This document shows, in pieces, positions 60,437-64,000 of a DNA stretch of 64,000 nucleotides. Every line of letters starts with the position of its first letter. The stretch's first letter is position 1. Source of the stretch: Pristiophorus japonicus (Eukaryota); contig NC_091995.1 of assembly GCF_044704955.1 (NCBI RefSeq), forward strand, positions 57,164,001 to 57,228,000. The letters run 5' to 3'. The notes under the pieces are model-generated. The model was not told the DNA's origin. It worked only from the letters and a program-made list of their open reading frames with translations, and did no database searches. The position numbers were made by a program, and so were the translations under genes.

Positions 60437-62530
60437 TTGGTCGTCATCTTGGACAGTCCCTCGAAATCGAGGAAGACTTGCTTCCACTCTAAAAGTGAGT
60501 TCTCAGGTGACTGTACATTCCAATATGGGAATTACAGTCTCTGTCACAGGTGGGACAGACAGTCGTTGAGGGAAAGGGTAGGTGGGGAGTCTGGTTTGCC
60601 GCACGGTTCTTCCACTGCCTACACTTGGTTTCTGCATGCTCTTGGCAATGAGAGTCGAGGTGTTCAGCGCCCTCCCGGATGCTCTTTCTCCACTTAGGGT
60701 GGTCTTTGGTCAGGGACTCACAGGTGTCTGTGGAGATGTTGCATTTTACCAAGGAGTTTTTGAGGGTGTCCTTGAAACCTTTCCTCTGCCCACCTGGGGC
60801 TCGCTTGCCATGTAAGAGTTCTGACTAGAGCGCATGCTTTAGGAGTCTTGTGTCAGGCATGCAAACAATGTGGCCCGCCCAACGGAGCTGGTAGAGTGTG
60901 GTCAGCGCTTCGATGCTGGGGATGTTGGCCTCAACGAGGACATTAACGTTGGTGCGTCTGTCCTCCGAGGAGATTTGCAGGATCTTGCAGAGACAATGTT
61001 GGGTGGTATGTCTCCAGTGATTTGCGGTGTCTACTGTATATGGTCCACGACTCTGAGCCCTACAGGAAGGCGGGTATCACTACTGCCCTTTAGACCATAA
61101 GCTTGGTGCCAGATTTGAGGGCCTGATCTTCGAACATTCTATCCCATCAAACACAAACAGAGCAGAGAAAATACGGTTCAGATACAGTGTAAGTATCTGT
61201 CTAAACTGTCTAAACATTACACTGTCCCATCAAATACTCCCAGGGCAGGTACAGCAGTGGTTAGATACAAAGTAAAGCTCCCTCTACACAGTCCCATCAA
61301 ACAACCCTAGGTCAGGTATTGCACGGGTTAGATACAAAGTAAAGCTCATTCTACATTGTCCCATCAAACTATTTCAGGTCAAATGTAGCATGGGTTAGAT
61401 ACAGAGTATAGCTTGGAACAATGTCCAATCAAACACTCACAGGTCAGATATAGCAGGAGTCTGCTGTATATGGTCCATGTCTCTGAGCCATATAGGAGGG
61501 CGGGTATCACTACTGCCCTTTAGACCATAAGCTTGGTGCTGGATTTGAGGTCCTGGTCTAAAACACTCTCTTCGTCAGGCAACCGAAGGCTGCGCTGGCA
61601 CACTGGAGGTGGTGTTGGACCTCGCCATCGATGTCTGCCCTTGATGATAATAGGCTGCCGAGGTATGGAAAGTGGTCCACGTTATTCAGGTCCACGCCGT
61701 GAATCTTGATGTATGGGGGGTAGTGCTGTGTGGCGGGGTCAGGTTGGTGGAGGACCTTTGTCTTACGGATGTTTAGTGTAAAGCCATGCTTTTGTATGCC
61801 TCGGTGAAGATGTTGACCATGACTTGGAATTCAGTCTCTGATGTGCGCAAACGCAAGTGTCGTCCGTGTACTTGGATCTGGCCTGAAGACGACGAAGATT
61901 GAACAGGTTCCCACTGGTCCTATATTTTAGTTCCACTCCAGCGGGGAGCTTGTTGAGTGTGAGGTGGAGCATTGCAGCGAGGAAGATCGAGAAGAGGGTT
62001 GGCGCAATGACACAGCCCTGCTTGATCCCGGGCCGGACGTGGATTGGGTCTGTGGTGGATCTGTTGGTCAGGATCACGGCTTGCATGTCGTCGTGGAGCA
62101 GGCGGAGGATGGGGACAAACTTTTGGGGGCAGCCGAAACAGAGGAGGACGCTCCATAGTCCCTCATGGTTAACAGTCTCAAAGGCCTTTGTAAGGTCAAA
62201 GAAGGCCGTGTACAAGGGTTGGTACTTTTCCCTGCATTTCTCTTGCTGGTGTCGCGCTGTAAAGATCATGTCCGTTGTACCCCGTAGTGGACGGAATCTG
62301 CACTGTGATAGGGAGAAAACGGTTGAGGAGGATTCTAGCAATGACCTTCCCAGTGGCTGATAACAGGGAGATTCCTCTGTAGTTGCCGCAGTCGGACTTG
62401 TCCCCTTTTTTAAAGATGGCCATGATTACAGCATTTTTGAGATCTCCCGGCATACTCTCCTCCTTCCAGATGAGACAGATGAGGTCATGCATTTGTGCCA
62501 ATAGTGCCTTTCCGCCAAACTTAAATTCGC
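60437..62530 (-). mobile_element. RTE-clade LINE RT fragment(s), interrupted by an inverted satellite block
   Basis: NYRGISLLS, FFDLTKAF, GIKQGCVIAP, YTDD; 3' end at ~60440. Confidence 0.9.
61141..61460 (-). repeat. 67-bp satellite block in inverted orientation
   Basis: ACACTGTCCCATCAAA...GGTTAGATACA.AGTAAAGCTC is the reverse complement of the monomer. Confidence 0.9.
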
Positions 62531-62532
62531 CT

Positions 62533-63643
62533 TACAGTGTAGAGCGAGCTTTACTTTGTATCTAACCCGTGCAATACCTGATCAGGGATTGTTTGCTGGT
62601 ACTGTGTAGAGGGAGCTTTAATCTGTATCTAACCTGTGCTATACCTGACTTGGGAGTGTTTGATGGGACAGTATTGAGGGAAATTTACTTTTATCTAACC
62701 CATGCTGTAGCTCCCTTATCTAAGCCGTGCTGTACCTGCTCTGGAACTGTTTGATAGGACAGTGTAGTGATGGCCTTACTCTATATCTAAGCTGTGCTGT
62801 ACCCTCTCTGGGAATGTTTGATGGGACAGTGTAGAGGGACACTTACACTGTTTCTAACCCATGCCTTACCTCCCCTCGGATTTTTGGATGTGTCGGTGTA
62901 GAGAGCTTTACTCTGTATCTATTCCATGCTGTAGCTACCCTGCGATTGTTTAATGCGACAGTGTCTGGGTATTTACGTTATACCTAACCCGTCGATACCT
63001 GACTTGAGTATGTTTGTGGGGAAAGGAAGTGGGGACTTTAATCATACCCGTTCTTTACCTGATGTAGGTATTGTTTGATGGGATGGTGTAGCTTTACTCT
63101 TTATCTATCCGTGCTATCCCTGCCCTGGGACTGTTTAATGCGATAGTTTAAAGGGAGCTTTACTCTGCATCTAAAATGTGCTATACATGCCCAGGGACTG
63201 TTAAGATGGGACAATGGAGAGGGAACCTTACTCTGTATCTAACCCGTGCTATAGCTGCGCTAGGACTGTTTGATGGGACAGTGTAGTGGGAACATTAAGT
63301 TGTATCTAACATGTGCTATACCTGCCCTTGGACTGTTTAATGGGAGAGTGCAAAGGGAGCTTTATTATACATCTAATCCATGCTATACATGACTTGCGAG
63401 CGTTTGTTGCAATAGTATAGAGAAAGCTTTACTCTGTATCTAATCTGTGCTGTACCTCCCCTGGGATTCTTTGATGGAAGAGTATAGGGGGAACTTTATG
63501 TTGTATCTAACACGTGCTATACCTGACCTGGAAGGGACAGTGCAGAGGGTGCTTTACTCTGTATCTAACACATGCTATTCCTGACCTGCAAGTGTTTGAT
63601 GGGACAGTGCAGAGAGAACTTTATTCTACATTGAACTCGTGCT
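62533..63643 (+). repeat. 67-bp satellite array
   Basis: Same monomer. Confidence 0.92.
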
Positions 63644-64000
63644 ATCATCATCATCATAGGCACTCCCTCGAAATCGAGGAAGACTTACTTCCACTCTTAA
63701 CGTTAGTTCTCAGTTGGCTGTACAGTCCAATGTGGGAATTATAGTCTCTGTCACAATTGGAGCAGTCAGTGGTTGAAGGAAAGGGTGGGTGTGTAGTCCA
63801 GTTTGCTGCACACTCCTTCCGCTGTCTGCGCTTGATTTCTGCTTGCTCTCGGCGACGTGACTCGAGGTGCTCAATGCTCTCCCAGATGCTCTGCCTCCAT
63901 TTTGGGCAATCTGGGCCAGGGATTCCCAGGTACCAGTGGGGATGGTGCACTTTATCAAGAAGGCTTTGAGGGTGCCCTTGAAACATTTCCTCTGCCCACC
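63644..64000 (-). mobile_element. RTE LINE 3' end, runs off the window
   Basis: (CAT)n tail, then the reverse complement of the RTE 3' end. Confidence 0.9.

Overview
Eukaryotic vertebrate DNA, almost certainly from a shark or other cartilaginous fish. This rests on an MHC class I alpha-3 exon and tail closely resembling shark UAA, plus shark-type CR1 and SINE repeats; the species cannot be determined. The first ~5.2 kb holds the 3' half of an MHC class I heavy-chain gene on the + strand: alpha-3, transmembrane and two cytoplasmic exons, and a probable 3' UTR exon. Most of its introns carry their own minisatellite, and the donor of the Tyr-motif exon reads ATAAGT instead of GTAAGT. At ~27 kb there is a CpG-island promoter (two opposed ZNF143/THAP11-type motifs, GC box, NRF1-like site) with a likely non-coding first exon of an unidentified gene. 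The rest is nested repeats: many CR1 LINEs (two near full length), three decayed Mag-type Ty3/Gypsy LTR elements, RTE and L2 fragments, SINEs, MITEs, a Penelope-like end, a decayed retrovirus-like pol relic and arrays of a 67-bp satellite. I found no clearly new multi-gene system. The best leads are the MHC splice-donor change, the branch-point array, the TATA-monomer CR1 promoter, the retrovirus-like relic and the orphan promoter. All family assignments are by eye and from memory; no searches were run.
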